This document shows positions 12,484 to 22,842 of a DNA stretch of 64,000 bases, in pieces. The translations under genes and the position numbers were made by a program. The DNA lies in NCBI GenBank assembly GCA_963718525.1, contig OY970355.1:1696001-1760000 (forward strand). Reading direction: 5' to 3'. The number at the start of each line of letters is the position of its first letter. Position 1 is the first letter of the stretch. Below the pieces are notes generated by a model. That model saw nothing but the letters and a program-made list of their open reading frames with translations. It was not told where the DNA came from and did not search any database. The stretch comes from Candidatus Dormiibacterota bacterium. Lineage in GTDB: Bacteria > Chloroflexota > Dormibacteria > Aeolococcales > Aeolococcaceae.

Positions 12484-12700
12484 TCGGGGTACGCTCCGGC
12501 ACGCGCGAGCCCGCGCATGTTTGATCTGCGGGCTCCCGAGCCACCATCTCTCTCGTGCCCTGTGTGGAATTCCCTATCCGATATCGCGAATCGGCACACT
12601 CAGACGGCTTCGACAATTATTGTGAATACTGTCGTTGCCCGATCGTCCGGCGGACCTCGCAGAGCGTGCGTCAGCCTGCACCGCCTGAGACAGAGTTGAA

Positions 12701-13831
12701 ATGAGCACAGCCACCACCACAACCCGATCCAGAGCAGCCACCCTGCCGCCGCCAACCGGCGCTGATCTTCTCGTCTCGGCCGCCGAGGCGCTGATCATCA
12801 AGGGCAAGGACCATGGATATCTCACGCCCGACGACATCCTCGCCGCTTTTCCGGAGATCGATGTCGAACCCGACCATCTGGAGCGGATCTTCCATGTCTT
12901 TCGTGAGATGGGGATCGAGGTCAGCGATGGTGACAAGGACTTCGAGACCGTCGACGAGATCGACGAGGAGCTCATCGCCAAAGCCGAGGCCATCGATTCC
13001 GTCTCGCTCGACGACCCGGTACGCATGTATCTCAAGGAGATCGGCAGGGTCGCGCTCCTCAAGGCCGAGCAGGAAGTCCATTACGCAAAGCTGATCGAGC
13101 AGGGCGACGAAGAGGCGAAGAACCAGCTCACTGAAGCCAACCTGCGCCTTGTGGTCAGCATTGCCAAGAAGTACATCGGCCGCGGCATGTCCTTCCTCGA
13201 CCTGATCCAGGAAGGCAACATGGGGCTGATTCGTGCCGTCGAGAAGTTCGACTACCACAAGGGTTACAAGTTCTCGACGTACGCGACGTGGTGGATCCGC
13301 CAGGCGATCACGCGTGCCATCGCCGACCAGGCGCGAACCATCCGCATCCCCGTGCACATGGTCGAGACCATCAACAAGCTCGTCCGTGTGTCGCGCCGGC
13401 TGCTCCAGGAGTTGGGCCGCGAGCCCAACGACGAGGAGATCGCCGAGGAGATGGGGATCACGCCGGAGAAGGTGCGCGAGATCACCAAGGTTTCGCAGGA
13501 TCCCGTCTCGCTGGAGACCCCGATCGGTGAGGAAGAGGACTCGCACCTGGGCGACTTTGTCGAGGACAAAGAGGCCACGGCGCCGTCCGACGCGGCGTCA
13601 CTCACCATGCTGCGCACCGAGGTCGAGGACATCCTCGACACGCTGACGCCGCGTGAACGGCGCGTGCTCCAACTGCGATTCGGGCTCATAGACGGACATC
13701 AGCGGACGCTCGAAGAGGTGGGCAAGCGGTTCGGCGTCACCCGCGAACGCATCCGTCAGATCGAGGCGAAAGCCCTGCGCAAGCTCCGCCATCCGTCGCG
13801 TTCCAAGAAGCTCAAGGACTACCTCGAGTAG
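12701..13831 (+). CDS. rpoD: Primary RNA polymerase sigma factor
   Basis: [71 protein letters not shown]...TRERIRQIE; follows dnaG. Confidence 0.97.
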   Translation: MSTATTTTRSRAATLPPPTGADLLVSAAEALIIKGKDHGYLTPDDILAAFPEIDVEPDHLERIFHVFREMGIEVSDGDKDFETVDEIDEELIAKAEAIDSVSLDDPVRMYLKEIGRVALLKAEQEVHYAKLIEQGDEEAKNQLTEANLRLVVSIAKKYIGRGMSFLDLIQEGNMGLIRAVEKFDYHKGYKFSTYATWWIRQAITRAIADQARTIRIPVHMVETINKLVRVSRRLLQELGREPNDEEIAEEMGITPEKVREITKVSQDPVSLETPIGEEEDSHLGDFVEDKEATAPSDAASLTMLRTEVEDILDTLTPRERRVLQLRFGLIDGHQRTLEEVGKRFGVTRERIRQIEAKALRKLRHPSRSKKLKDYLE

Positions 13832-13912
13832 CCGGAACGGCGCTGTCGCCGCCGGTGACGAATCGTGTCGTCGAGGGCACGGTGCGTCACGGCAGGTAGA
13901 CTTGAGTCATGA

Positions 13913-13984
13913 TCCGGGTTAGCTCAGCGGTAGAGCAGGCGGCTGTTAACCGCAAGGCCACTGGTTCGAATCCAGTACCCGGAG
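13913..13984 (+). tRNA. tRNA-Asn(GTT), CCA not encoded
   Basis: Acceptor TCCGGGT/ACCCGGA, D arm GCTC/GAGC, anticodon loop CT-GTT-AA, T arm ACTGG-TTCGAAT-CCAGT; -10-like TAGACT at 13897-13902. Confidence 0.95.
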
Positions 13985-14048
13985 CGTCGACGTCCCACTA
14001 GCAGCACGCGGCATCGCCCGAGGCGGCGCCGTACACGAGGAACACGGG

Positions 14049-14921
14049 ATGACCGAGACCGCATCGCGGCCGGGCACCACGCCCGCTGTCGCGACACTGA
14101 CCGCGTCCGACCCCGACGGCGCAGCCCCAGTCGCTTCGACACCGCCACCACCCGCGTGGTCGTGGCCCGCGTCGGCCCCGACGGCGAACCCGCAGGAGGG
14201 GGATGTCATGCGCGACGACGACGCTGATGAGCACATGATCGACGGATCGGCGAGCCCGCCACCGCCGGGGGCCACGCTCGACACCGATCCCACCGAGGTC
14301 ACGATCGTCGCGGCGATCACCACGCCGGAGAAGGCGCTCCCCAGAGTGACGTCGTTCGGTCCTCCTGGGAAACGGCGTTCGACGTTCGCGGTCGTAGCGC
14401 TTTCGGTGGTCACGCTCGGCATCTACAGCCTCGTCTGGCATCACCGGATCAATCGCGAGATCGGCAATTTTGACACGCGCATGCACGTCATCCCCGGGCG
14501 TTCCACCATCGCGGTGGCGATCCCCTGGGCGATCGGATGGCTGGTGAGCATCGCCGGGGCGGCGAGAATCGTGCTTGCGGTTGCCAACGTCGCGCTGCCG
14601 TTCGACCCGCATTTCACCGTGCTGCAGGCGTATGGATTGCTCGGCGGCGTCCTGGTGATTCCATATCTCGAGCTGTTGCTGCCATTCAGCGCCATCGCCA
14701 TCGCGATGAGCCTGGAGCGCGTGCGCATCCTCGAGGACCGCATGGGTCGCACGACCGATGTGCAGTTGCGGCCGGCGCGCGTCATCTGCTGGATGCTGCT
14801 CCCGATTGCTGGTGGCCTCATCCTCATGGCAATCATGCAGCGCCGTCTCAACCGCGCCTGGGAGGACGACATGGCGGCGGCACCTGCGGTGCGCCCGACA
14901 GTACGGGTGGCTCCAAGCTGA
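14049..14921 (+). CDS. DUF4234-like membrane protein with Pro-rich N-terminus
   Basis: SD GAGGA; GKRRSTFAVVALSVVTLGIYSLVWHHRINREI signature; several TM helices; ends MQRRLNRAW. Confidence 0.7.
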   Translation: MTETASRPGTTPAVATLTASDPDGAAPVASTPPPPAWSWPASAPTANPQEGDVMRDDDADEHMIDGSASPPPPGATLDTDPTEVTIVAAITTPEKALPRVTSFGPPGKRRSTFAVVALSVVTLGIYSLVWHHRINREIGNFDTRMHVIPGRSTIAVAIPWAIGWLVSIAGAARIVLAVANVALPFDPHFTVLQAYGLLGGVLVIPYLELLLPFSAIAIAMSLERVRILEDRMGRTTDVQLRPARVICWMLLPIAGGLILMAIMQRRLNRAWEDDMAAAPAVRPTVRVAPS

Positions 14922-14992
14922 CCCTTTCTGTCGTCGCCATGCCCACTCTTGTGTCGCGGCTGCGGCGGCCTGGATTAGACTAACCGGTCGCG

Positions 14993-15781
14993 GTGGCTGT
15001 TTCGATCGCCTGTATCTCCGGAAAAGGCGGGGTGGGAAAGACAACCACCTGCGCCTCCTTGGCGGCTGTGTTCGCAGAGCGCGGACGCCGTGTGCTCGCG
15101 GTCGACATGGATCCGCAGTCCAACCTCACATCGGGGCTGGGCTTCAATCCGTACTCGCTCACGCACACGGTTGCCGATGCGATTCTCGAGCCGGACCAGT
15201 CGGTCGACGAGCTGATCGTCCGTACCAAGTGGCCGGGCCTGCACCTGCTCCCTGCGAGTCCCGACCTTGCGGCGGTCGAGGCCGGATTGCCGACGACACT
15301 CAACTCCGAAACGCGATTGCGCCGAGCGCTCGATCGCGATTGTCGCGACTACGACTTCATCCTGTTCGACACGCCGCCGAACTTTGCGTTTCACACCATC
15401 AGCGTCCTGGCGGCCACCGACTTCATCGTCATTCCCATGCAGATGTCGGGATATGCGGTGAAAGGCCTCAAGGAAACGCTCCGGTCCGTACACCACGTTC
15501 GCCAGGGGCTGAACCCGGACCTGCGCGTGCTTGGTCTGCTGCCGACGTTCGTCGTGATGCGGACACGCTTTTCGCGCGACCTACTGGAGGGATTGCGCGC
15601 GATCCCGAACCTGCGCGTCTTCAATACCGTCATCAAGGTCACCGTTCGCCTGCAGGAGTCGGCGCTGGCCGGTGAACCGGTCACCGCGATGGCCTCGTCC
15701 TCCGAAGCCGCGGCGGCCTATCGATCGTTCGCTGACGAGGTGCTTGCCGCACTGATCGCCGAGGGCGAACGCGGTGTCTGA
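14993..15781 (+). CDS. ParA/Soj-family ATPase (orphan)
   Basis: Deviant Walker A GKGGVGKTT, VDMDPQSNLT, YDFILFDTPP. Confidence 0.92.
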   Translation: MAVSIACISGKGGVGKTTTCASLAAVFAERGRRVLAVDMDPQSNLTSGLGFNPYSLTHTVADAILEPDQSVDELIVRTKWPGLHLLPASPDLAAVEAGLPTTLNSETRLRRALDRDCRDYDFILFDTPPNFAFHTISVLAATDFIVIPMQMSGYAVKGLKETLRSVHHVRQGLNPDLRVLGLLPTFVVMRTRFSRDLLEGLRAIPNLRVFNTVIKVTVRLQESALAGEPVTAMASSSEAAAAYRSFADEVLAALIAEGERGV

Positions 15782-16055
15782 GCTGCGCTCGCCGCGGCGC
15801 CGTCGCAGCGTCGCCGTGGCGCCCGCGCTGCTCGACCCGGCCGAGTTGCCTGAGGATGCACCGGGGCGGGTCAAGTTGATCGCGGTGGAAGCGCCTGCGG
15901 ACATCGTCGATGCTCCAGCACCGGCCGCTCCGCCACGCGCTTCGCCAGGCCCTTCGCTGCTGGCCGCCGGCGCGGGGTGGATTCCCGTGGCGGTTGCCGC
16001 CGCCCTGATCGTGGCCATCTTCGTGATCGGGATGCTGGTGACCCGGCACGCCTAG
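15774..16055 (+). CDS. Small hypothetical protein with a C-terminal TM helix
   Basis: Overlaps the parA stop; basic N-terminus (RSPRRRRS), Pro/Ala linker, hydrophobic WIPVAVAAALIVAIFVIGMLV tail. Confidence 0.7.
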   Translation: MSELRSPRRRRSVAVAPALLDPAELPEDAPGRVKLIAVEAPADIVDAPAPAAPPRASPGPSLLAAGAGWIPVAVAAALIVAIFVIGMLVTRHA

Positions 16056-16061
16056 CTGGCA

Positions 16062-16090
16062 TAGACAACTACACTGATTTGTGATACTCT
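16062..16090 (+). promoter_or_regulatory. Sigma70-type promoter of radC
   Basis: TAGACA (16062-67), 17-nt spacer, TG-n-TACTCT (16085-90), 6 nt before GTG 16097; locally AT-rich. Confidence 0.7.
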
Positions 16091-16096
16091 CGGGCG

Positions 16097-16720
16097 GTGG
16101 ATACCGATCCGGGACGCGGCGCTGGTGAGGCGGAACTCCTCGCCCGGGCCCTCGGCGGTTCGTCACCCGCAGCTGAACTGAGCGCCGTCGCGAATCGGGT
16201 GGCGCGCATCCCGTGGTGGGAGCGCCGGGCGCTCGATGCGGCGGGGCTCACCCGCGAGCACGGTGTTCCTCGGGAACGGGCCGAGCGGCTCGCAGCCATG
16301 TGGGAGCTCGCCGAGCGCTGGACCGACGACGACCGCCCGGCGATCGGTTCGCCGCGCGATGCGCTGCTCATGCTCGACGGGCTCCGGCGCGCGCGTCGCG
16401 AGCAGGTCGTGGTCCTGCTCCTCGACGCCCGCCACCGGCCGATCAAGCTCGAGACAGTCGCGGTCGGCACCATCAATGCGTCGCGGCTCCAGCCTCGCGA
16501 TGTCTTCGGTCCTGCACTCCGCAGCGATGCAGTTGCAGTCATCATCGGCCACAACCATCCGAGTGGCGACCCCGCGCCGAGCCGCGCCGATCGCGTGGTC
16601 ACCGCAGCGCTCCGCAGCGCGGGCGCGCTGCTTGGCGTCCCCGTGCTCGACCACCTGATCATCGCGAGGCGCGGACACCATTCCTTCCGCGAGACCGAGA
16701 GCTGGGACGAGGCCGCCTAA
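16097..16720 (+). CDS. radC: RadC/JAB-domain protein
   Basis: REQVVVLLLD, GTINAS..PRDVF, HNHPSGDPAPSRAD, VLDHLII. Confidence 0.9.
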   Translation: MDTDPGRGAGEAELLARALGGSSPAAELSAVANRVARIPWWERRALDAAGLTREHGVPRERAERLAAMWELAERWTDDDRPAIGSPRDALLMLDGLRRARREQVVVLLLDARHRPIKLETVAVGTINASRLQPRDVFGPALRSDAVAVIIGHNHPSGDPAPSRADRVVTAALRSAGALLGVPVLDHLIIARRGHHSFRETESWDEAA

Positions 16721-16723
16721 CCG

Positions 16724-17917
16724 TCAGCTGAAGGCGTTCTCGCCGGTGAGCTCCTTGCCGATGATCAGTGTGTGCACCTCCTCGGTGCCCTCGTAGGTGA
16801 GCACCGATTCGAGGTTGGCCATGTGCCGCGAGACGGGATATTCAAGTGTGATCCCGTTGGCGCCGAGGATCGTGCGAGCGCTACGGGCAATGTCGAGGGC
16901 GGCGCGGACGTTGGCCCGCTTGGTGATCGACACCTGGACGGGATGGAGACGACCCTGATCCTTCAGGCTGCCGAGCCGGTGTGCGAGCAGGCGACCCTGC
17001 ACGATCGCGGTGGCCATGTTCGCGAGTTTCTGCTGGGTGAGCTGCATCGCGCCGATGGGCTTGCCGAAGGCGTGGCGCGTCTTGCTGTACTCGAGTGCCG
17101 ACTCGAAGCAGGCGCGCGCCGCACCCATGGCGCCCCAGCCGATGCCGAACCGGGCCTCGTTGAGGCACGAGAGGGGTCCGCGCATCCCGGTCACGCCGGG
17201 AAGCACGGCGCTGTCGGGCACGCGCACCGAGTCGAACGACAGCTCGGACGTCACCGACGCACGCAGCGACAGCTTGTTGTGCACATCGGACGACGTGAAG
17301 CCGCGCGTTCCGCGCTCGACGAGGAAGCCTCGCACCCCCGAATCGGTCATCGCCCAGACAACGGCGATATCCGCCATCGAGCCGTTGGTGATCCACATCT
17401 TGGTGCCGTCGATGACCCAGTCACCGCCGTCGCGACGAGCCGACGTGCGCATCGACGATGGATCGGATCCAGCGTCGGGCTCGGTGAGACCGAAGCATCC
17501 GATCGCCCGTCCCGCCGCCATCTCCGGGAGCCAGCGAGCCTTCTGCTCGTCACTGCCGTAAGCGGAGATGGGGAACATCGCCAGCGAGCCCTGCACCGAC
17601 ACGAACGAGCGCAACCCGCTGTCACCCGCCTCGAGCTCCTCAGAGGCGACCCCATAGGCGGTCGCCGAGGTCCCGGCGCATCCATGGCCGTGCAGATGCA
17701 TCCCGAGAAGTCCCAGCTCCGCCATCTCGGGGATGAGCTCATGCGGGAAGGTGCCCGCCTCGAAATGCTCGGGGATCAGCAGCAGCGCGCGGTCGCGGAC
17801 GAACGCCCGCACGGTGTCGCGGATCAGACGCTCGTCATCGCCGAGCAGGTCGTCGACGGCGAACAGATCCGAAGGGCTCAGCGCACGCGTGCGTGGAGCG
17901 CGCTCGGTGACGGCCAT
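16724..17917 (-). CDS. Acyl-CoA dehydrogenase (glutaryl-CoA dehydrogenase-like)
   Basis: ELEAGDSGLRSFVSVQGSL, GCFGLTEPDAGSDP, KMWITNG, NLESVLTYEGTEEVH. Confidence 0.9.
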   Translation of the reverse strand: MAVTERAPRTRALSPSDLFAVDDLLGDDERLIRDTVRAFVRDRALLLIPEHFEAGTFPHELIPEMAELGLLGMHLHGHGCAGTSATAYGVASEELEAGDSGLRSFVSVQGSLAMFPISAYGSDEQKARWLPEMAAGRAIGCFGLTEPDAGSDPSSMRTSARRDGGDWVIDGTKMWITNGSMADIAVVWAMTDSGVRGFLVERGTRGFTSSDVHNKLSLRASVTSELSFDSVRVPDSAVLPGVTGMRGPLSCLNEARFGIGWGAMGAARACFESALEYSKTRHAFGKPIGAMQLTQQKLANMATAIVQGRLLAHRLGSLKDQGRLHPVQVSITKRANVRAALDIARSARTILGANGITLEYPVSRHMANLESVLTYEGTEEVHTLIIGKELTGENAFS

Positions 17918-17938
17918 GCGCTCAGAGTACCCGGTCGG

Positions 17939-18352
17939 CTACGCGGCGACAGGCATGCCGGCTTCGACGAGCTGGCGCCGAAGCACCTCGCCGCTGGCGA
18001 AGCCGACGTTGATCTCGGTCACCAGGCCCGCCGCGTCGAGCACGATCGTGGTCGGAAGCGACATGACGCGATAGCGACGGGCCAGGTCAGGTTCGACAGC
18101 GATATCGATCTCGCGGATCTCGATATCCGGGTCTATACCGGCGGCAAGCGCACGCAACGCCGGTCTCTGGGCGGTGTGGCAGATCGTGCAGGCCTCGCCG
18201 GTGAAATATAGGATGGAGGGCCGGCCGCGGCTTGCCGAGGGCTCGACCGCCTTCCCGACCAGCTCGCGCTGCCCACCCTGCTGGAGCCGAAGCACGAGAG
18301 CGACGCCGCCGACGAGCGCGATCGCGATGAGCGGCGCCAGGAGGAGGATCAT
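17939..18352 (-). CDS. Membrane-anchored thioredoxin-family protein
   Basis: N-terminal TM helix, YFTGEACTIC (CxxC), VMSLPT cis-Pro loop; ATGA overlap with the DUF4395 gene. Confidence 0.8.
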   Translation of the reverse strand: MILLLAPLIAIALVGGVALVLRLQQGGQRELVGKAVEPSASRGRPSILYFTGEACTICHTAQRPALRALAAGIDPDIEIREIDIAVEPDLARRYRVMSLPTTIVLDAAGLVTEINVGFASGEVLRRQLVEAGMPVAA

Positions 18353-18810
18353 CTCGCCGGTTCGCGCGAAAGCGGCAGCAGCCCGACCCGCACGAGCTGG
18401 GCGTACATGATGCAGCCGACGCAGATGTTGAAGGCGAAGTTCAGAAAGGCGAGCGCGGCAACGATCCACGCCAGCACCCATGCCACCAGCAGGAGGCCGG
18501 TGATGACGAAGATGCTTGCCGCCGCGAGGAACACGCCACCGACGAGCTGCGCGAACCGGTGCGGCGCCGGGTCCTCCTGCACAACCCGCGGCGTGACGAT
18601 GCCCGCCGGCTTGAGCCAGCGGAGATAGAGGATGCGAGGGACGTTGAACGCAGGGGACGCCACTCCGGCGAGCATCATCACCGCGAGGACGGGAAGCGCC
18701 CAGGCGGCGGGGTGATACGCGAGCCCGACGGCGTAGCCGGCGACGATGACGGTCATCAGGATCGCCTGATTCACCTTGAGAACGCTGCGATCGAACGGAA
18801 CGACTGCCAT
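18349..18810 (-). CDS. DUF4395-family membrane protein
   Basis: EDPAPHRFAQLVGG and LAFLNFAFNICVGCIMY motifs. Confidence 0.8.
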   Translation of the reverse strand: MAVVPFDRSVLKVNQAILMTVIVAGYAVGLAYHPAAWALPVLAVMMLAGVASPAFNVPRILYLRWLKPAGIVTPRVVQEDPAPHRFAQLVGGVFLAAASIFVITGLLLVAWVLAWIVAALAFLNFAFNICVGCIMYAQLVRVGLLPLSREPAR

Positions 18811-18914
18811 GACCTCGAAATCATACCGCGCAGGTCAGGTATTGCAGAGGCGCCGACCCGAACACCGACGTGCGAGAGTCGGCGTCGTTCAGCCGCAGCC
18901 TCATGGAGGTGTCC

Positions 18915-19496
18915 GTGACGTCCGAGGGAACGGCCCGACTCGGCCTCGACGAGGTTCGCGCCGGCAGCGTCTATGAGGCGGCGCGCGCAGACGCGCGCCG
19001 CGGTCTCGCCGAGTCGAAGGGCGTGCGGAGAGTTCGGCTCAGCGACACCCTCGCCCTGGTCTTCGAGAACCGCGCCACCATCCGTTCCATCCTCGAGGAG
19101 ACGCTGCGCACCGAACGGGTTGACGATCCGGATCGGATCGCCGGCGAGATCGCGGCGTTCAATGCGGTCGTGCCCGAGCCCGGTCAGCTCGGAGCGCTGC
19201 TCTTCCTCGAGGTGGCCGACCCCGCCGACCTCGCGGCGGCCGCGTCAGATCTGGAGCGCGTCGAGCACTGCATCTTCGTCGAGGTCGCCGGAAGCAGGAC
19301 TCGGGGGATCCCCGAGGCGGTGGCACCTCCCGGGGAGAGCGCGCCCGCCCACTTCATGCGCTTCAGCCTCGACCCCGAGCAGCGGGCGGCCATCCTGAGC
19401 GGGTCGCCCATCATCGTGGGCGCCGAGCATCCCAGCCTGAGCGTGAGCGTCGCCCTCGACAACGCCCAGCGCCACGCGATCGCGGCGGACCTGTAA
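18915..19496 (+). CDS. DUF3501-family protein
   Basis: SD GGAGG then GTG; RRVRLSDTLALVFENRATI..ILEETLRTER...FNAVVP..GQLGALLFLE, HFMRF. Confidence 0.75.
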   Translation: MTSEGTARLGLDEVRAGSVYEAARADARRGLAESKGVRRVRLSDTLALVFENRATIRSILEETLRTERVDDPDRIAGEIAAFNAVVPEPGQLGALLFLEVADPADLAAAASDLERVEHCIFVEVAGSRTRGIPEAVAPPGESAPAHFMRFSLDPEQRAAILSGSPIIVGAEHPSLSVSVALDNAQRHAIAADL

Positions 19497-19512
19497 CCCT
19501 AAGCTCGCCGCC

Positions 19513-20622
19513 TCACCCGCGAACGCTGCTGCTGACCGCAACCTCCCGGTACACGGCTGCGGTCATCGCCGCAGTGTGCTCCCACGTGTAGCCGGACGCC
19601 CGGTCGGCTCCCGCGTGACGCATGCGCGCCGCTCGGACCGGTTCCGTGAGCACCGATTCGATGCCCTGGGCCAGCGCATCGGGATCGCCGGCCGGGACGA
19701 GAACGGCGACGTCAAGCGTCAGCTGGGGGAGATTGCCGACCGCGGTGGCCACCAGCGGCGCCGCGCACGCCATCGCCTCGAGCGCGGTCAGTCCGAAGCC
19801 TTCGTGCATCGAGGGCAGCACGACGGCCGCGGCCTGCCGGTACAGCGACGCCAGGTCGGTGTCCTCGACCGCTCCGCAGAGGACCAGGCGCACGTGCCGC
19901 CGCCAGGCTTCGGCGGCGATGCGGTCGGCCTCCGGGCCCAGCGCGCCGGCGAGGGCAAGCACGGGCCCGCCGCCGGGATGCCGCTCCATCGCCTCGAGGA
20001 GGGTGTCGAGCCCCTTGCGTGGGTCGCGTGAACGCAGGCTGCCCACCCAGAGCACGAACGGCTCGTCGAGACCCAGTGCCTCGGCCGTTCGCGCATCGCG
20101 TAGCTTCGGCCGCGATGAGAACACCGGACCGACCCCGAGCGGGGTCACGTGGATCCGGCCGGGGTCGAGGCCGAGGGCTGCGATCGCCTCGCGACGCGTG
20201 CTCTCACTCACCGCGATGATCGCGGCGCACGACCGGAGTGCCGCGGCGAGCACCGCCGCATAGACGCGGCGGCCCACTCCAGAGGCGCCCGGAGAGACCG
20301 CGCTTCGCCACATCTCGACGTCGTGCAGCGTGACGACCTGGCGAGACATCGGGAAGCCGATGACCGGTTCCCCGCCGAGGCCGTGCACAAGGTGCGGGTG
20401 CCGGGCGATCGCGTCCGAGAGCACGTGCGGCTGGGCGCGCAAAAACCGTGCGGGGCGTGCCTCACTCCATGGTGGCGACGCCGGGACCGAGGGGGTCACC
20501 TCAAGGTCCCGGACGGATCGCAGCGCGTCGATCAGCTGGCTCGCGTACCGGCCGATACCGGCGTCCCGGCGGCCGTCTCCGAGGCAGCTCGCCTCGAGCA
20601 TGACGCGAAGAGGTCTCGGCAT
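19513..20622 (-). CDS. Glycosyltransferase family 4 (GT-B)
   Basis: [42 protein letters not shown]; true start at ATG 20622 inside the longer ORF. Confidence 0.9.
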   Translation of the reverse strand: MPRPLRVMLEASCLGDGRRDAGIGRYASQLIDALRSVRDLEVTPSVPASPPWSEARPARFLRAQPHVLSDAIARHPHLVHGLGGEPVIGFPMSRQVVTLHDVEMWRSAVSPGASGVGRRVYAAVLAAALRSCAAIIAVSESTRREAIAALGLDPGRIHVTPLGVGPVFSSRPKLRDARTAEALGLDEPFVLWVGSLRSRDPRKGLDTLLEAMERHPGGGPVLALAGALGPEADRIAAEAWRRHVRLVLCGAVEDTDLASLYRQAAAVVLPSMHEGFGLTALEAMACAAPLVATAVGNLPQLTLDVAVLVPAGDPDALAQGIESVLTEPVRAARMRHAGADRASGYTWEHTAAMTAAVYREVAVSSSVRG

Positions 20623-20664
20623 CGAGGCTTTGTAGCAGGCTCGGCGCTCGGCACCGCTGGCACA

Positions 20665-22842
20665 ATGGATTTGATGCCGAACTCCCGTTCCGTCATGCCG
20701 TTCACCGCCCTGGTCGGTCAGGATGCGATGAAGACCGCGCTGGTCCTCAACGCCATCAACCCGGGGATCGGTGGCGTGCTCATCCGGGGTCAGCGGGGCA
20801 CCGCCAAGTCCACTGCCGTGCGGGCGCTCGCGCGCCTGCTCCCGGAGATCGACGTGATCGCCGGGTGTCGCTATCGGTGCGATCCGGAGGCACCGGCCAC
20901 CTGGTGCGACGACTGTCGCGCCCGTGCCGACGCCGGAATCGCCCCGGTGGTGGAGCGCCGTCGGATGCGCGTCGTGGAACTGCCCGTCAATGCGTCCGAG
21001 GATCGCGTCGTCGGCACCATCGATACCGAGGCCGCGATCAAGCTCGGCGAACGCCGCTTTGAGCCGGGGCTGCTGGCGGACGCCAACCGCGGGATCCTCT
21101 ACGTCGACGAGGTCAATCTTCTCGACGATCACATCGTCGACGTCCTCCTCGACGCCGCCGCGATGGGGTGGAACGTCGTGGAACGCGAGGGCATCTCCTT
21201 CTCGCACCCATCGCGCTTCATCCTCGTCGGAACGATGAATCCGGAGGAGGGGGATCTTCGCCCCCAGCTCCTGGATCGCTTCGGTCTCTGCGTCGACATC
21301 ACCGGGCTCCGGGACGTCGACGAGCGCGTGCGCATCATGGAGCGCGATTCGCGCCGCAACCAGGACGGAGTCGCGCTCGAGAGCGAGTTCCTCACCAGTG
21401 AGGATCACCTCAAGGCGGTCATCCAGGAGGCGAAACGCCTGCTCCCGCGCGTGGAGATCCCCCCGACCATCGGCTGGTTCATCGCCCTGGTCTGCATCGA
21501 CGCCGGTGCGCTAGGGCACCGCGCCGACATCGTCGTGAGCAGCGCCGCGCGGACCGCGAGGGCGTGGGAGGAAGCCGAGAAGCTGGTCCGGGCACGCACC
21601 GCCGGACTGCCGGCCCAAGCTGCCGACCGCCTGGTGGTTACCACCGCGGACGCCACCACCGCGGCCGAGCTGGCCCTCGCGCACCGGAGGCGCAGCCGCC
21701 AGGACGGCGTGTCGCAGCCCGGGGGAGCTTCGGCCGAACGGGCCAGGGAGCGGTTCGAGGAGATCGCCAAGGAGGCCGAGGCTGCGGTCGTGTCCGAGCA
21801 GACCGCGGAGTTGGGCGACCAGCCTCCGGATGACTCCGGCAGTGGCGAGGAGGGGGAGAGCCCGGGGCAGGTGCAGGGGAGCGACCAGGCCACCCAGGCG
21901 GTGACCCGCCGAAGCGCGGAGCAGCTCTTCGAGGGCGAGATCTTCCCGGTCCGCAAGATCGCCCTGCCCCGTGATCGCCGCAGCCGGGCGACCACGGGCA
22001 AGCGGAGCTCATCGCAGAGCAGCGACAAGCGTGGTCGCTACGTTCGGGCGACCCAGACCGAGAAGACCACCGACATCGCGTTCGACGCCACCATGCGCGC
22101 GGCAGCTCCGCACCAGATCCGTCGCCGGGCTGAGGAGCCCGCCGGCCGGGTTGGGCCGGCGCTCCACCTCGAGCGCCAGGATCTCCGCCAGAAGGTCCGT
22201 CGCCGCCGCACCGGGACGCTCATCGTGTTCGTCGTCGATGCGAGCGCGTCGATGGATGCCGAGCAGCGCATGCAGGCCACCAAGGGTGCCGTGCTCTCGT
22301 TGCTGCGCGATGCGTATCTGCGCCGCGACAAGGTGTCGCTCGTGGTCTTTTCCGGGCGGGCTGCGCGTGTCGTGCTCCAGCCGACCGCGTCGGTGGACCT
22401 GGCCGAGCAGCGGTTGCAGCGTCTCACCGTCGGCGGCACGACACCGCTGACCCATGGGCTGGTCGCGGGGCTGCGGATCGTGCGCACCGAGCGGTTGCGC
22501 GACCCCACCGTCTATCCCCTGGTCGTGCTGATCAGCGACGGCCGCGGCAACATCTCGCTCTTCGGTGAGGAACCGCTCGTCGAGGCGCAGCGTGTCGCAG
22601 AACAGCTCGGTGCCGACGGCGTGCACATGCTGGTCATCAACTCGGCGCGCGATCACACCACGCGGCCGATGCCGCGCGTCGGAGGCCACAGCCGGCCGCC
22701 CCTCTTCGGAGGTTATGGATTCAACGCCTGCCGTGACCTCGCAGACCGCGCCGGCGGCGAATATCTCGGGCTCTACGACCTCTCCCAGGGCGCCATCGTC
22801 GAGGGCGTCGAGAAGTCGCTTCGAGGTCGCATGACACAATGA
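20665..22842 (+). CDS. Magnesium/cobalt chelatase subunit D-like (AAA+ plus vWA)
   Basis: [34 protein letters not shown], acidic linker, vWA MIDAS DASASM / GGTTPL / ISDG; start at 20665 or 20674. Confidence 0.88.
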   Translation: MDLMPNSRSVMPFTALVGQDAMKTALVLNAINPGIGGVLIRGQRGTAKSTAVRALARLLPEIDVIAGCRYRCDPEAPATWCDDCRARADAGIAPVVERRRMRVVELPVNASEDRVVGTIDTEAAIKLGERRFEPGLLADANRGILYVDEVNLLDDHIVDVLLDAAAMGWNVVEREGISFSHPSRFILVGTMNPEEGDLRPQLLDRFGLCVDITGLRDVDERVRIMERDSRRNQDGVALESEFLTSEDHLKAVIQEAKRLLPRVEIPPTIGWFIALVCIDAGALGHRADIVVSSAARTARAWEEAEKLVRARTAGLPAQAADRLVVTTADATTAAELALAHRRRSRQDGVSQPGGASAERARERFEEIAKEAEAAVVSEQTAELGDQPPDDSGSGEEGESPGQVQGSDQATQAVTRRSAEQLFEGEIFPVRKIALPRDRRSRATTGKRSSSQSSDKRGRYVRATQTEKTTDIAFDATMRAAAPHQIRRRAEEPAGRVGPALHLERQDLRQKVRRRRTGTLIVFVVDASASMDAEQRMQATKGAVLSLLRDAYLRRDKVSLVVFSGRAARVVLQPTASVDLAEQRLQRLTVGGTTPLTHGLVAGLRIVRTERLRDPTVYPLVVLISDGRGNISLFGEEPLVEAQRVAEQLGADGVHMLVINSARDHTTRPMPRVGGHSRPPLFGGYGFNACRDLADRAGGEYLGLYDLSQGAIVEGVEKSLRGRMTQ

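Noticed and set aside
13913-16720. tRNA-Asn followed by ParA and RadC as a possible integrated element
   Set aside because: No integrase, no repeat of the tRNA 3' end seen, and codon usage is host-like.
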